From: a virus
Virus record (IMG/VR): IMGVR_UViG_3300032241_003073
Coordinates: 1 to 64,000 of that record
Reading direction: 5' to 3' (one strand)
DNA: 64,000 nt
The stretch's first letter is position 1. Each line of letters starts with the position of its first letter. Positions 37,156 to 47,754 of the stretch are shown piece after piece. Both the position numbers and the translations under genes were made by a program. The notes beneath the pieces are model-generated. The model did no database searches, was not told the origin of the DNA, and saw only the letters and a list, made by a program, of their open reading frames with translations.

Positions 37156-38358
37156 ATGATAAATCGTAGTGAAATTGGAGATGTTCTGAATCATTTTGGA
37201 TTGGTTGGCAATGGAATTGAAATTGGTGTTCAAAAAGGAGAATTTTCTAAAGAAATTCTTTCTTCTTGGAAAGGCGAAAAATTATATCTTGTAGATTGTT
37301 GGCAAAAACAAGAAAATTATGATGATATTGCAAATAAAGATGATAATGAACAAGAAGAAAATTATAAACAAACATTAAAAAATGTGGAAAAATATAAAAA
37401 AAGAGTAAAAGTTATCAAAGCTTTTAGTAAAGATGCAGCAAACAGTTTTGAGGACGGGTTTTTTGATTTTATTTATATAGATGCTAATCATTCTTATGAA
37501 GCTGTTAAAGAAGATTTAAATTTATGGTATCCTAAGCTAAAAGATGGTGGAATGTTTTGTGGTCATGACTTTTTAGAAGGAAGATTCTACGATAGTGATT
37601 TTGGCGTAAAGTCTGCTGTTACAGAATTCGCAAGATATTTGAATAAAGAGCCTTATGTTTGCGGTTGCACGTCTTGGTATTTTTTCAAATCAAAAGATTC
37701 TAAAAAAAAAAAAATAGGGTTATTAAATGTTTATGATCAAAATTATCAGAGTTTAGCTGATATTACAATTCAAAATAAAAAAGATTATTGTGACTTACAT
37801 GGATATGAATTTATAGATTTTTCAATTGCAAAAAATAATACTGGAAAACATGTTGCATTTAGCAAATTTTATGCAGCACTTAAAAAGATGTATAATTACG
37901 ATTGGATATTTTATAATGATTTGGACTCATTGATCATGAATTACAATATAAAATTGGAAAGTTTTATAGACAATAATTATGACATGATTGTAAGTTATGA
38001 CATTAATGGATTAAATTCTGGACAATGGTTTGTTAAAAATTCTCCGTGGGCTCATAGTTTTATGAAAAAAGTTTTTTGTAGAGATGAATTTAATGAATTT
38101 GGAGGATGGGCAGACCAAATAGCTTTTTGCAACACTTGGTTATATTCAGGTGAAGCAATGCAAAAAACTAAAGTCGTTCCTCAAAAATTATTTAATTCTT
38201 ATTTGTATGAAACTTTTGGAAAAAACGATGAAGGTGATAGTCCATATTGGCCACAAGGTCAATTTCAAAAAGGTGATTTTTGTCTTCATTTTTGCGGCAT
38301 GCCACACGATATGAGAGAATCTTATATCAAACAATATTTACCAATGGTGATTAAATAG
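37156..38358 (+). CDS. class I SAM methyltransferase fused to GT34-like glycosyltransferase
   Basis: IEIGVQKG, DFIYIDANHSYE, GHDF; C-terminal NDLDS, NSGQW, DQ, DFCLHFCG. Confidence 0.85.
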   Translation: MINRSEIGDVLNHFGLVGNGIEIGVQKGEFSKEILSSWKGEKLYLVDCWQKQENYDDIANKDDNEQEENYKQTLKNVEKYKKRVKVIKAFSKDAANSFEDGFFDFIYIDANHSYEAVKEDLNLWYPKLKDGGMFCGHDFLEGRFYDSDFGVKSAVTEFARYLNKEPYVCGCTSWYFFKSKDSKKKKIGLLNVYDQNYQSLADITIQNKKDYCDLHGYEFIDFSIAKNNTGKHVAFSKFYAALKKMYNYDWIFYNDLDSLIMNYNIKLESFIDNNYDMIVSYDINGLNSGQWFVKNSPWAHSFMKKVFCRDEFNEFGGWADQIAFCNTWLYSGEAMQKTKVVPQKLFNSYLYETFGKNDEGDSPYWPQGQFQKGDFCLHFCGMPHDMRESYIKQYLPMVIK

Positions 38359-39313
38359 TGACATATCCTTTTGTTGAATCTTTAATTCTTTCGCAAGAAT
38401 TAATCATTTTTTCAGGATATTCTTTGTATTTTGATATTTCTACCGGATAATCATCATCTCTTCTTCTTTTTTGTCCAATAATTAAAGCGTTTTCATAAAA
38501 ATCTTTGGCTTTTTCATAATCCTTTACAGCGTAATAAATATCACCAAGTAAGCACCAAAATTCAGACATGGTTGGCATTTTCGCAATACAAGGAACTATA
38601 AATTTAATTGCACTATGATAATCTTTTTTAATGTAACAATTAACCATTGAACAATAGTAATTTGTCATATAGACAGATACTCCGTTTGATTTTTCTTGAT
38701 GTAGATAAAGATCTGCTAAATTTAAAAAAGAATCCCAATTTTTATTTATTAGGTGGAAGCATGCTGTGTAATATATTGGTTCTGTCGCTAAAGGGTTTTT
38801 AGATTGCCATTTTTTAAGTAAATCTAAATGTATGTCTGAATTTTGATTATTGCCAGAAGATATATAAATTTCTGTGGGTTTTGAGTTTTTAAAATTGATT
38901 GTTTCGTAAACGGGGTTTTTAAATTTAATTTCCATTTCTTTATGAAACAATCTAATTTGCTTTGTGATTATGTCATTCTGTATTATCGAGACATTATAAA
39001 CATCTTCTTTTTTTTTGATTAATTCTTTTATTTCATCTTTTCCGCTTATTAGTATTTCCCATGGTTCTATATAAAAGTTCCATGGACTTTCTGAAATTTT
39101 TAACATTTCATTTTTAATTTGAGATAAGTCATTATTTAATTCTATTTTAATTGGATTTAATTTATATTTGTTACATAGGCTTACAGTGTTATCTTTAGAT
39201 CCGATATCGCAAATAATTATTTTAGAATTTAAATTAAAAACAGATTCAATAGTCTTTTCAATTGTGCTTTCATTGTTCCTGGTCATGATGTGAATCGTCA
39301 GAGGTGATATCAT
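38351..39313 (-). CDS. GT2-like glycosyltransferase with C-terminal TPRs
   Basis: IMTRNNE, DIGSKDNT, VYET; TPR EFWCLLGDIYYAVKDYEKAKDFYENA; DxD appears degenerate (IEPWE). Confidence 0.75.
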   Translation of the reverse strand: MISPLTIHIMTRNNESTIEKTIESVFNLNSKIIICDIGSKDNTVSLCNKYKLNPIKIELNNDLSQIKNEMLKISESPWNFYIEPWEILISGKDEIKELIKKKEDVYNVSIIQNDIITKQIRLFHKEMEIKFKNPVYETINFKNSKPTEIYISSGNNQNSDIHLDLLKKWQSKNPLATEPIYYTACFHLINKNWDSFLNLADLYLHQEKSNGVSVYMTNYYCSMVNCYIKKDYHSAIKFIVPCIAKMPTMSEFWCLLGDIYYAVKDYEKAKDFYENALIIGQKRRRDDDYPVEISKYKEYPEKMINSCERIKDSTKGYVTI

Positions 39314-39464
39314 CTTTTTTCCTGAATTTTTGTTGTATTAGCCAATCAATTGCGGAAGATTCTAATGGCATTTCTTCTTTTTTGTATTGATCACGTAAAT
39401 TTCTGTAAAATTTTGATACATTTGGTTTTTCTAATATTTCAATTAATATTTCATATATTTTCAT
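39270..39464 (-). CDS. hypothetical protein
   Basis: ORF overlapping the downstream gene start. Confidence 0.55.
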   Translation of the reverse strand: MKIYEILIEILEKPNVSKFYRNLRDQYKKEEMPLESSAIDWLIQQKFRKKDDITSDDSHHDQEQ

Positions 39465-39554
39465 ATTTGTTACTAAAATAGTTTAAGAAAGAATAAATTG
39501 TCGGCAGTATATAGATATCCTTTCTAAGATCTTTTGATAAATTTAAGGAGTTTG

Positions 39555-40103
39555 ATGGCAACAGAATATCTGAACAATAAAGTCTTTGAAATACTTATTG
39601 TTAAATTTCAACAATCTAAGAAAAATAGAAATAAGTATAAAATGTTTATGGATGATATTATTGCCACAGAACAAAGGACTTTAAAAAGAGGAAAGTTTAA
39701 AAAGCCAGAATCTTGGATAGAAGCAGAAAAAACTTATTTATTGGTAGATTCTGAATTTCAAGAGATACAAGGACAATTAGCTATAGCATTTTACACTCTT
39801 TCTCAAAATATTGTTAGATATGCTAAATTTAATCTTATTGATCAAGACGATGCAATTCAAGATGGTGTAATGGTTTGTTTTGAAAAAATAGATAGATTTG
39901 ATCCCAAAAAAGGCAAAGCATTTAATTATATGACAACTTGTATATTGAATGCTTTTCGTCAGCTTTATAGAACGGCAAGAAATTATAATGAATTAAAAAG
40001 AAAATATTTAGATCTTATGCAGATTCAGATGGAACAACAGTTGCCCGCATCGAAAAACAAAGGATATATTAAAAAAAATTATAATTTCAATGAAATGTTA
40101 TAA
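39555..40103 (+). CDS. phage late sigma factor (T4 gp55-like)
   Basis: YLNNK N-terminus; DDAIQDG..CFEKIDRFDPKKGKAFNYMTTCILNAF region 2; no region 4. Confidence 0.85.
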   Translation: MATEYLNNKVFEILIVKFQQSKKNRNKYKMFMDDIIATEQRTLKRGKFKKPESWIEAEKTYLLVDSEFQEIQGQLAIAFYTLSQNIVRYAKFNLIDQDDAIQDGVMVCFEKIDRFDPKKGKAFNYMTTCILNAFRQLYRTARNYNELKRKYLDLMQIQMEQQLPASKNKGYIKKNYNFNEML

Positions 40104-40157
40104 AAAATATTTGAATTTTTTGATTTAAATTTTATAATTATATGTTATTTAAATTAT

Positions 40158-40427
40158 TTGGCTGGTAAAATGAAAAATTATATTAGTAATTCTTTTGATC
40201 AATTGGAAAACCAAGAACTTATTCAAAAATTAGTAGATAATGGATATGGATCTCTTGTAGATGCTTTTTTGCTTAATGACAGTAAAGTTTACACAAAAAA
40301 GGGAAGATTGAATAAAAGCGGCGCATGTCGGGTTATGAAGTGCAAACCTAAAGATCTTGAAGATGCAATTAAGGCTTGTCAAGAATTGTTGCAAAAAGAA
40401 ATGGATTTTGAAGAAAACGTCGATTAG
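40158..40427 (+). CDS. small helical (HTH-like) protein
   Basis: YTKKGRLNKSGACRVM; directly after the sigma gene. Confidence 0.6.
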   Translation: MAGKMKNYISNSFDQLENQELIQKLVDNGYGSLVDAFLLNDSKVYTKKGRLNKSGACRVMKCKPKDLEDAIKACQELLQKEMDFEENVD

Positions 40428-40467
40428 GCCGTTATCATAATCAAGTTGGGTTGTATTTTGGGTTCGT

Positions 40468-40989
40468 TTAAAGAGATCCTGCATAATCAATGTATGCTCT
40501 ATCATATCTAATTGTCAGATCGCAAGTAATAACTTCTGACGTAGACATGTCTAGTTCCCCGAATTCTACTGATTGAGGCCATATTGACTCAAATATCCAC
40601 GATTCAATTGCTTCTCCGCAACCATCATAAAGTTCCAATATGCCTTGTGGTTTTTTAAAATTATTTAGCGTGGGGTTAAACTCTCCTTTGTCTGGATTAT
40701 ATGCTAATTTTATCCATTCAAAAACTGGATGAGATATATTATTTTTAAGATCGTATAGTGTTAATGTGATTGGCTTCCATTCAGGTCTTCCTGGAAAATA
40801 AACAGTTTCTGTAACATGCTGTGCTTCAATTTCTTTAAAAGAAACTGATGGTCTCGCCCCTTTAGATGGAGGCAAAGAATTGACGCCTTGGGCACTAACT
40901 CCATCAATTTTAAACAGCCAACGATTTTTTCTTTTAAAACAAGCATTTGGACTCTCTAGTCCAAAGTCAAATCCCATTGATCTTGCCAT
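40468..40989 (-). CDS. tail tube protein (gp19-like), copy 2
   Basis: KRKNRW, RPSVS, PGRPEWKPITLTLYD, WPQSVEFGELD, IRYDRA. Confidence 0.88.
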   Translation of the reverse strand: MARSMGFDFGLESPNACFKRKNRWLFKIDGVSAQGVNSLPPSKGARPSVSFKEIEAQHVTETVYFPGRPEWKPITLTLYDLKNNISHPVFEWIKLAYNPDKGEFNPTLNNFKKPQGILELYDGCGEAIESWIFESIWPQSVEFGELDMSTSEVITCDLTIRYDRAYIDYAGSL

Positions 40990-41007
40990 TTAAACCTCTT
41001 GATATAT

Positions 41008-41052
41008 AAAAACACCTTGCTATCAATATAGTTTGATAGCAAGGTGTTTTTA
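41008..41052. terminator. intrinsic terminator between the tube genes
   Basis: AAAACACCTTGCTATCAA/TTGATAGCAAGGTGTTTT inverted repeat. Confidence 0.85.
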
Positions 41053-41061
41053 TTTTTAATT

Positions 41062-41742
41062 TCACGCAACAGAGTTTCCGCCCAATCCTGGAGGAAAAGA
41101 CCCAATTGGACCACCACCAGTGCCAGTACCAGCACCAGATCTTCCACCAGATCCTCCTCCAGAAGTACATCCACTGCAAATAGAGTATGGGTCTTTTGAT
41201 CCACATAGATTTGTGTATGTCACTTCTGAATAACGAAGAGTCGCTTCAATTGTAACTTCTTCAGAAGAACTAAAATCAAGTTCTCCAAAATTAATTGCTT
41301 GTGGCCACATGTTGTCAAGATCCCATATTTCCAACTCAGTTCCACAACCATCATATAGTGTTAATATACCTGCTCCAGAATAACCTTTGCCAGTTCCTCC
41401 TTGTGGTCCTTTTCTTGACATTTGTTGCAATCCAACTGGGTCAAGAAAGTTATAAACAGAAGCTAACCAACTATAAAGAGTTGTTATGTCTGATCCTGGC
41501 CCAAACAAGTCATAAAAAGTAACTGTTATAGTTTCCCAAGATGCTTTGCCTGGAATCCACATTTTTCCATTAAGAAAATTTATTTCAGTTTCTTCAATGC
41601 TTACATTAGGACGAGATGCTATTTTAACCAAGTAAGGCGAAATGGTTGATCCGTTCCAATCTATTTGAAGCGTCCATCTAAATTTTCTTTTAAATCCTAT
41701 ATTTGGTCCGGCCAATGCCCCCATTCCCATATTTATTGCCAT
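41062..41742 (-). CDS. tail tube protein (gp19-like), copy 1, with Gly-rich C-terminal extension
   Basis: KRKFRW, PGKASWETITVTFYD, WPQAINFGELD; follows the sheath gene. Confidence 0.9.
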   Translation of the reverse strand: MAINMGMGALAGPNIGFKRKFRWTLQIDWNGSTISPYLVKIASRPNVSIEETEINFLNGKMWIPGKASWETITVTFYDLFGPGSDITTLYSWLASVYNFLDPVGLQQMSRKGPQGGTGKGYSGAGILTLYDGCGTELEIWDLDNMWPQAINFGELDFSSSEEVTIEATLRYSEVTYTNLCGSKDPYSICSGCTSGGGSGGRSGAGTGTGGGPIGSFPPGLGGNSVA

Positions 41743-41766
41743 TTTTTATCTCCTTTTTTAATTATA

Positions 41767-44151
41767 TTATAATGTTGTTGCAGGCTCCGTAAAACTTCCG
41801 GTTCGATGTATAGAAAATTCTAAGAAGATAAACTCAGCAGCACGTACTGGTTGAATCCCAATTTGAGCACGGAATTCATTTCTATCTACTACATCTGGTG
41901 TATTTAATGTTGCATCGGCTACAATGATAAAATCATTAATGCCACGACCAACTTTTACTTGATTTAGAATTCCTGACGCAACTCTAATAAATTTATTTTG
42001 GAAAATAGAATCATTTGGATCAAAAAGAAGTTGGCGACTAGCAATTCTAATTTCTTTTTCAATATAGAACATTAATCTTCTAACATTTACACGATCCAAA
42101 GCTGTTGGGGTTCTTTGCATGGTTTTTTGTCCCCATACCAAGAATCCATTGACATCTGGGAATTGAACAATTGGATTAATACAGTTACGATTTCCATACA
42201 TCAAGTCACGTTCGGCAAGTGTGGGTCTGTTGTAAATATCTGTAATTCCAGGAACAATGCCACGAGTCATTCCAGCAGGAGCAAACCAAGGAGCCGACAA
42301 ATTGTCGCTACGAGCAATTGTTGCTAATATTGCACCACTTGGAGGAATCCAAACATCTACTTGATTGTAATTGTCACGATACTTAACCCATGGCCAATAA
42401 AGAGCACCAAAATCCGAATCAAATCTGGTTCCATTTAATGGATGTGCTCCATTTTGCCATGCTGTTATTTCATCTACCGTTAGACCAAAAGGAGGGTCAA
42501 TAATTGCCAAGCAATCTTGTCTATAGTTTTGACAAAAATCTAATAGTGCGGAAACAACTGATGTGCTTGGGTGTCCAGGAACAGCAATTAAGTCAATATC
42601 AATTTGTTCTGGTTCGGATAGAGTATAAATTCCTGTGTATCCAACGCTGTTTCCTATTAGCAAAGAGTCTTGTTTATCTGGATCGGCAGGAATACCATCA
42701 GTTCCTCCAGAAAGGCTATATGTTCCATTTAAAGGGCCAGCACCTTCTGCCATGTTGTCTGTCACTCTGATATAGTCAGAAACTAGTGAAATATATGTTT
42801 CAACATAGTAGCTGCTTGTTTGATCTTTACTTAGATTTCCCCAAGATTCTACTCCAACCCCATTGTTGAAAACCTGAAGAACAAAGTGTCCCTGGCGGGT
42901 ATCGTTTGTTATGACAACTTGAGTTGAGTTTCCATCAATACCTGGGCTATCTGCAAAAACAGAGAACGAATTGCTTCCAGTTGTGTTTGCGGCACCTGTT
43001 ACCAATCCATAGCTTGGAACACCAACATTTCCAGTGACTCCTTCTGGAGTATAGCCACTTTGTGTAATTGTGGTTAAACCAAAAATATCTTGTGCGGTTC
43101 CATCTGGTTTAACTCTAATTCGGGCATCAGTTCCGGTGTGATTTGTAGTAAATTCAAGATTATTTCCAACAGCTTTTGCAGTCCATCCTCCTGGTAAGCT
43201 ACCACCATCAGAAACTTTTTCTGCATTAATTGCTGTTACAATATTAGAAATTGTATTTGTTGATCCTTCTAGAGAAGACAAATCAATAACTTGAACGACT
43301 CCGTCAATTAAAACATTATCTGTTCCATCTACAACAATTTCTAGATTTAATCCGGTTAGTCCTGTGAAGTCATAATTTCCGCTAGTTTGATAGCTAACAT
43401 TAGGATATTGTCCCATGGTTCCAAGAACAGTTGCTTTGGTCATTCCTGTTCCTAAACCAGTTACGTTTCCGTTAAGAACAGTGTCTCCGTAAATAGCATT
43501 TTGAACAGAAACTAGTTCGATAGAAGCGTTTGGACCATATGCCCAGAACGATTTTACTCCAATTGTTTCGCTTGATGTTACGTAAAATTCAATTCCGTCA
43601 TTTTCATAATCAAGTTGGCTGTTTAGTTCTGCAACTAATTCGGCAACAGTATATGCATTTCCAGTGTATGGTGCTGGTCTATTAGCATCAGAAAAAACAA
43701 CTAAAGTCTTTGATGATAGATTCTCGTTTAATCTCCATCTGAAGAATGAATCAACATCAAATGAATAAGGTCCAGTTGTTGCAGATTCGATTTTTACTAG
43801 TGTTCCAGCAGCGGGAACATTGACCATTGCTGTTAATGCTTGCTCATCACTTACTGGATCAACATCAGCAACACGAACAACGAATAATTCTGTCGCTACT
43901 AACAAATAAAGTTGAGCCGCATAGATTAGGAATGGATCGCTCACGTCTGGATGTGGATTTCCGAAGGTTTGTTTAAGCTGGCGACTTGTTGTAATAAGAG
44001 TCGGCAGATTAACTGGACCTTTGGAAGCGAAACCAACCAAGCCCGCACGATGAAAAGATTGATTGGGCGCAATATAGCTTAAATCTTTTTCAGTTATTCT
44101 AACACTTGGGCTAATTGTGTTTGAAGGCGGGAACCCTTGTAAAATCGCCAT
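41767..44151 (-). CDS. contractile tail sheath protein (gp18-like)
   Basis: SPSVRITEKD, GFASKGP, ALYWPW, PWFAPAG..RG, WGQKT, RVNVRRL, EFI. Confidence 0.95.
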   Translation of the reverse strand: MAILQGFPPSNTISPSVRITEKDLSYIAPNQSFHRAGLVGFASKGPVNLPTLITTSRQLKQTFGNPHPDVSDPFLIYAAQLYLLVATELFVVRVADVDPVSDEQALTAMVNVPAAGTLVKIESATTGPYSFDVDSFFRWRLNENLSSKTLVVFSDANRPAPYTGNAYTVAELVAELNSQLDYENDGIEFYVTSSETIGVKSFWAYGPNASIELVSVQNAIYGDTVLNGNVTGLGTGMTKATVLGTMGQYPNVSYQTSGNYDFTGLTGLNLEIVVDGTDNVLIDGVVQVIDLSSLEGSTNTISNIVTAINAEKVSDGGSLPGGWTAKAVGNNLEFTTNHTGTDARIRVKPDGTAQDIFGLTTITQSGYTPEGVTGNVGVPSYGLVTGAANTTGSNSFSVFADSPGIDGNSTQVVITNDTRQGHFVLQVFNNGVGVESWGNLSKDQTSSYYVETYISLVSDYIRVTDNMAEGAGPLNGTYSLSGGTDGIPADPDKQDSLLIGNSVGYTGIYTLSEPEQIDIDLIAVPGHPSTSVVSALLDFCQNYRQDCLAIIDPPFGLTVDEITAWQNGAHPLNGTRFDSDFGALYWPWVKYRDNYNQVDVWIPPSGAILATIARSDNLSAPWFAPAGMTRGIVPGITDIYNRPTLAERDLMYGNRNCINPIVQFPDVNGFLVWGQKTMQRTPTALDRVNVRRLMFYIEKEIRIASRQLLFDPNDSIFQNKFIRVASGILNQVKVGRGINDFIIVADATLNTPDVVDRNEFRAQIGIQPVRAAEFIFLEFSIHRTGSFTEPATTL

Positions 44152-44155
44152 AGTC

Positions 44156-44377
44156 TTATTCTCCCTTTCGTATCTTGTTTGATATGTGTCTTGTGGAAAT
44201 TAATCCATTCTTCTCTGCTCTATCTATGTATTCAGTTGCTCTTTCTTCTTCTAAAAGATAAACATTTTTTCCTGAACCTATCCCTGGAATGTTTAGTACA
44301 GTAGAAGAGCGTGTAGCCGTCCTGGACTTTACAATTAACTGAACTGGGAACTTGTTTTTGTTTCTAATTTCTAACAT
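44156..44377 (-). CDS. hypothetical protein in the tail operon
   Basis: coupled to the flanking genes. Confidence 0.6.
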   Translation of the reverse strand: MLEIRNKNKFPVQLIVKSRTATRSSTVLNIPGIGSGKNVYLLEEERATEYIDRAEKNGLISTRHISNKIRKGE

Positions 44378-45339
44378 TCTAATTCCTTAACAGATTCTTC
44401 TATTCTTGAGATAACTTGAGTTATTTCTTCTTCGCTCATGCCATCAACAAAATCAATTTTTGTTCTCAGCACGGCTTTTTTGCGTTCAATCGGTTGAGGT
44501 ATATATGTTTCTACTGTCAAATTAAATTCATATTTAATTATTCTTATTGCTTGATCTCCAGGTTCAGACTCTAGATTATTGGCAATAGAATCCAGTTTTA
44601 CTATGACTTCCCAAGGAACGCCAGTTACTCTTATGTATGCTGTTTGGCTAAATTTTAACAAAATTTGTTCAATTATTTGATTCATATCTTCACGATACAT
44701 TGTCCAAGATGTTATTGTGTATCCAATGTTAATTGGAACGCCTCTGGAAAGTCCAAAAATTGTATCTCTTTTATATTTTTCGTTAATTGTTAGTCCTGGT
44801 TTTCCATTTTCTCTAAAATAATTTATTGCTTTATGATAAGTGTATCGGTTTAAATCATAATCAATTTGTGTTTGAGAAATTGCAATCATTGGAAGTTTAA
44901 TTCGATCCACCACTAGTGTTTCATCTTTTCTTACATTATCTTGAACAATTGCAGCTACAGCTTTTTCTGGTGGTCCCAAAATAACAGGTATTGGCCATGC
45001 TTTTCCGTCCTCATCAATTACAACCACATTGCTAAATAAATCAATCATTGCTTCATCTGTGCCACGAATTGATTTAGAATAACGATAGAGGACATTTCTG
45101 TCGGGATTTTCAGGATCATCAATAATCAATCCTCTTTGGGCTGGATCACAATCTACCCTTGTTCCGAATCCCCTTTTTTTCATGGTTTCATTTTTAAGAA
45201 ATCCCAAGCTATCAGGATCTCTTAAATTTTCTGAATCGTCTTTGCCACAATATGGTGGAGAAACATCAAAATTTGGATCGTTAAAAGATGTTCCTTTAAT
45301 TCCGCAATCGTTTAAATTTTTTTGTTGATGATTTAGCAT
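44371..45339 (-). CDS. tail terminator / sheath stabiliser (gp15-like)
   Basis: position upstream of the sheath; IKLPMIAI, VPINIGY..W...DMNQIIEQI. Confidence 0.7.
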   Translation of the reverse strand: MLNHQQKNLNDCGIKGTSFNDPNFDVSPPYCGKDDSENLRDPDSLGFLKNETMKKRGFGTRVDCDPAQRGLIIDDPENPDRNVLYRYSKSIRGTDEAMIDLFSNVVVIDEDGKAWPIPVILGPPEKAVAAIVQDNVRKDETLVVDRIKLPMIAISQTQIDYDLNRYTYHKAINYFRENGKPGLTINEKYKRDTIFGLSRGVPINIGYTITSWTMYREDMNQIIEQILLKFSQTAYIRVTGVPWEVIVKLDSIANNLESEPGDQAIRIIKYEFNLTVETYIPQPIERKKAVLRTKIDFVDGMSEEEITQVISRIEESVKELEC

Positions 45340-45377
45340 TTTTCCTCTATAATTACATATTCAACTGAGATTAAATT

Positions 45378-46205
45378 ATGGACAAGTTAGAAATTAAATA
45401 TAGGTTGTGGCATAAAGGAGTTCCCCCACGTCAAATTAAATTACAGATTCCTGGATGGTCTGGTGAACAAAACAGCCATACAGATGGAGACAAACCACAG
45501 CCCTGGCACTGTCCCCCGTTTGTTGATGGTGCCACTTATGGATTGGAGCTTTATTATCCATTTGAAACTGAGTGTCATGTGCGATTAGTAGATGGAAAAG
45601 TTGTATTTGAAGGTGATTTTGATAAAGATCAAATACAATGTCCCGATGTGAAATTGCCTCCTTTTATGTCTTTTGCTCCCGGTCATTTTGGGATGACTTC
45701 TGCTTTGGATATTCAAGTTCCTACAGGTTATGTTTTAAGAACAGAGCCTCACCCAAGGTATTACACAAGTGAATGCAACACAGTTCCTTGTTGCATTCCT
45801 GGCCACATTCAAACCGAGTGGTGGCCAAAATTCTTTTTTGTTGTTTTTAAGAATCCACTTCCAGGGCAAACTATTATTTTTAGGCAAGGGGAGCCATATG
45901 GACAAATTCTTATAATTTCAAAAAAAATAAGCTATGATATAAAAGAAATGACTTTAGGCGAATCTTTAGAACGAGCAGATTGTGATAATAAAATCAATAA
46001 ATATTGTAAAAGATTTGTTAAAAATGATTGGCATGATCATTTGGGTCATAATTTTGATGATAAATATAAAGTTTTAAGCTCAATTTGCTCCAAACACGGG
46101 GCAGATTCTGTGAAAGACTTTATAAAATCAGTTGCAAAAAAAATAGAAGAAAAGAAAAAGATCCCATTTAAATTTTTCAAAAAAGGAAAAAATGAAAAGC
46201 TTTAA
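45378..46205 (+). CDS. hypothetical protein (DUF6065-like)
   Basis: HCPPFVDG...G, GHIQTEWWP, FRQGEPYGQI. Confidence 0.6.
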   Translation: MDKLEIKYRLWHKGVPPRQIKLQIPGWSGEQNSHTDGDKPQPWHCPPFVDGATYGLELYYPFETECHVRLVDGKVVFEGDFDKDQIQCPDVKLPPFMSFAPGHFGMTSALDIQVPTGYVLRTEPHPRYYTSECNTVPCCIPGHIQTEWWPKFFFVVFKNPLPGQTIIFRQGEPYGQILIISKKISYDIKEMTLGESLERADCDNKINKYCKRFVKNDWHDHLGHNFDDKYKVLSSICSKHGADSVKDFIKSVAKKIEEKKKIPFKFFKKGKNEKL

Positions 46206-46353
46206 AATAAAAAAAAGAGAAAATAGGCAGCCAATTTTTATTGCTGGTCCTTCTATAGTCTCTTTCAAGAAGCCGAAATTGCCATTTTTACTTTTTACAA
46301 AAATTCATAAGCCAGGAATCCAAAATAATTCCAAATTTATATTTTTGCCTTAA
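46192..46353 (+). CDS. small basic hypothetical protein (53 aa)
   Basis: AAAGGA RBS; ATG overlaps the upstream gene end; below the ORF-track cutoff. Confidence 0.45.
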   Translation: MKSFKIKKRENRQPIFIAGPSIVSFKKPKLPFLLFTKIHKPGIQNNSKFIFLP

Positions 46354-46721
46354 CCTTGTGCTTGTTGTTGTGAAAATTGTTGATTTTGGTCTTGGTTGGA
46401 TTGATCGGGCTGATTTTGAAATTGGTTAGATTGATCGGTTTGATTTTGATCAGATGAATTGTCTGCGTTTGCTCCAATTTCTTTGGAGAATTTGTTAAAA
46501 GCATTTTTGAATGAGTCATCTGAAACATTTTTTAAAGTTTCAAGGGCTTTTTTAACTTCAGGATCATCAAGAGGATTTCCAATTGCTGGAGATGTTTGTC
46601 CTCCTTGAACATCAGGGGTAGGAGGCGATTGTTGTTGTGATTGCTGCTGCATATCATTTGAATTTTGCATCATTGCATTTTCTTTTAGTATTTTTTGATA
46701 AAATTCATAAAACGATTTCAT
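46350..46721 (-). CDS. Gln-rich protein with capsid-targeting-like N-terminus
   Basis: AGGTG RBS; MKSFYEFYQKILKE. Confidence 0.7.
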   Translation of the reverse strand: MKSFYEFYQKILKENAMMQNSNDMQQQSQQQSPPTPDVQGGQTSPAIGNPLDDPEVKKALETLKNVSDDSFKNAFNKFSKEIGANADNSSDQNQTDQSNQFQNQPDQSNQDQNQQFSQQQAQG

Positions 46722-46729
46722 TTTTTCAC

Positions 46730-47272
46730 CTATACAATTTTTATTTTTAAGTCTGGTTGTTTTTGGGTAACTTTGCCTTCTCCAGTAACCACGTCTTCTT
46801 GGAATCTTTGGCAAATTAATTCAATTCTCAAAACCCCCCACATTTTAAATTCGGCCAAGTTTCTTTGAACTATTACCCAATTTTCACGCAAATGTGGAGT
46901 GAATAATCTTGATCCAATTTTAGGAGGATGTCCTATATTTTGCAAAACTGCTCTATAGTTTAATTCAAACTTCATTTCATCTGGGGCATCAATTCCAAAT
47001 TGATTTAATAAGTTTTGTGATGGAATGGGTTCATAATTACACCATAATTGAACAGGATTGTTTGAAAAAATCTTTCCTCTTGCTTCCAAATACACTGGAT
47101 CTATCATATTTGGAGTAATAATTACTTCATAATAATAAATTGGAGATCCGCCACGCAATAACGCTTCTTGATCCCATAAATTAAAAAGATCAAATGTACG
47201 GTCATTTGGATCATACATTTGTGTGCTTCCACGCAGTTGATAGCAAGTTCCGTCTAGATTTTTTAATGCCAT
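46730..47272 (-). CDS. neck / head-completion protein (gp14-like)
   Basis: DPVYLEAR.K, QFGIDAPDE, PKIG; location in the virion module. Confidence 0.7.
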   Translation of the reverse strand: MALKNLDGTCYQLRGSTQMYDPNDRTFDLFNLWDQEALLRGGSPIYYYEVIITPNMIDPVYLEARGKIFSNNPVQLWCNYEPIPSQNLLNQFGIDAPDEMKFELNYRAVLQNIGHPPKIGSRLFTPHLRENWVIVQRNLAEFKMWGVLRIELICQRFQEDVVTGEGKVTQKQPDLKIKIV

Positions 47273-47283
47273 AATTTATATAG

Positions 47284-47712
47284 TTAATTAAGTGTTATTT
47301 TAGGAGTTATTGCTATTTGTCCACCATCAGTCGTTGGCAAAACATAAGGAGAAACTGTAAATCTTTCCACCCACAACAATTGAGGAGTTGCCTCGCTTGT
47401 TGTTACATAATATCCATAAACAGTTGCAATTGCTGTAAATGTAAAAATTTGTTGAGGATAGGATGCAGAACTTACTCCTCCTGAAGTTCCTACTGTCCAA
47501 TTTGTTCCTGTTAAAGTAATTGGACTATATCCAGCTTGTGTTGCTTCTGTTAGGTCTCCAATAACAGTATTTTTTCCTGGTGTAATATTGTTTGTAAAAA
47601 GTCTAAGTAATCTCTGACCTCCAGATGGGGCCGATCCTCCATCTTGTGCTTGTTGATTGATAATATATTGAAGCATTAAAACATCTGCTGTATTTGGAAC
47701 TACTAAAGACAT
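47284..47712 (-). CDS. virion structural protein
   Basis: LRLFTNNITP, TEAT.AGY, FTFT, VYGYYV, LLWVERF pattern typical of phage structural proteins. Confidence 0.65.
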   Translation of the reverse strand: MSLVVPNTADVLMLQYIINQQAQDGGSAPSGGQRLLRLFTNNITPGKNTVIGDLTEATQAGYSPITLTGTNWTVGTSGGVSSASYPQQIFTFTAIATVYGYYVTTSEATPQLLWVERFTVSPYVLPTTDGGQIAITPKITLN

Positions 47713-47754
47713 AATTTTTTCCTTTTTTATTTTTTTAAATGACTAATATATTAT

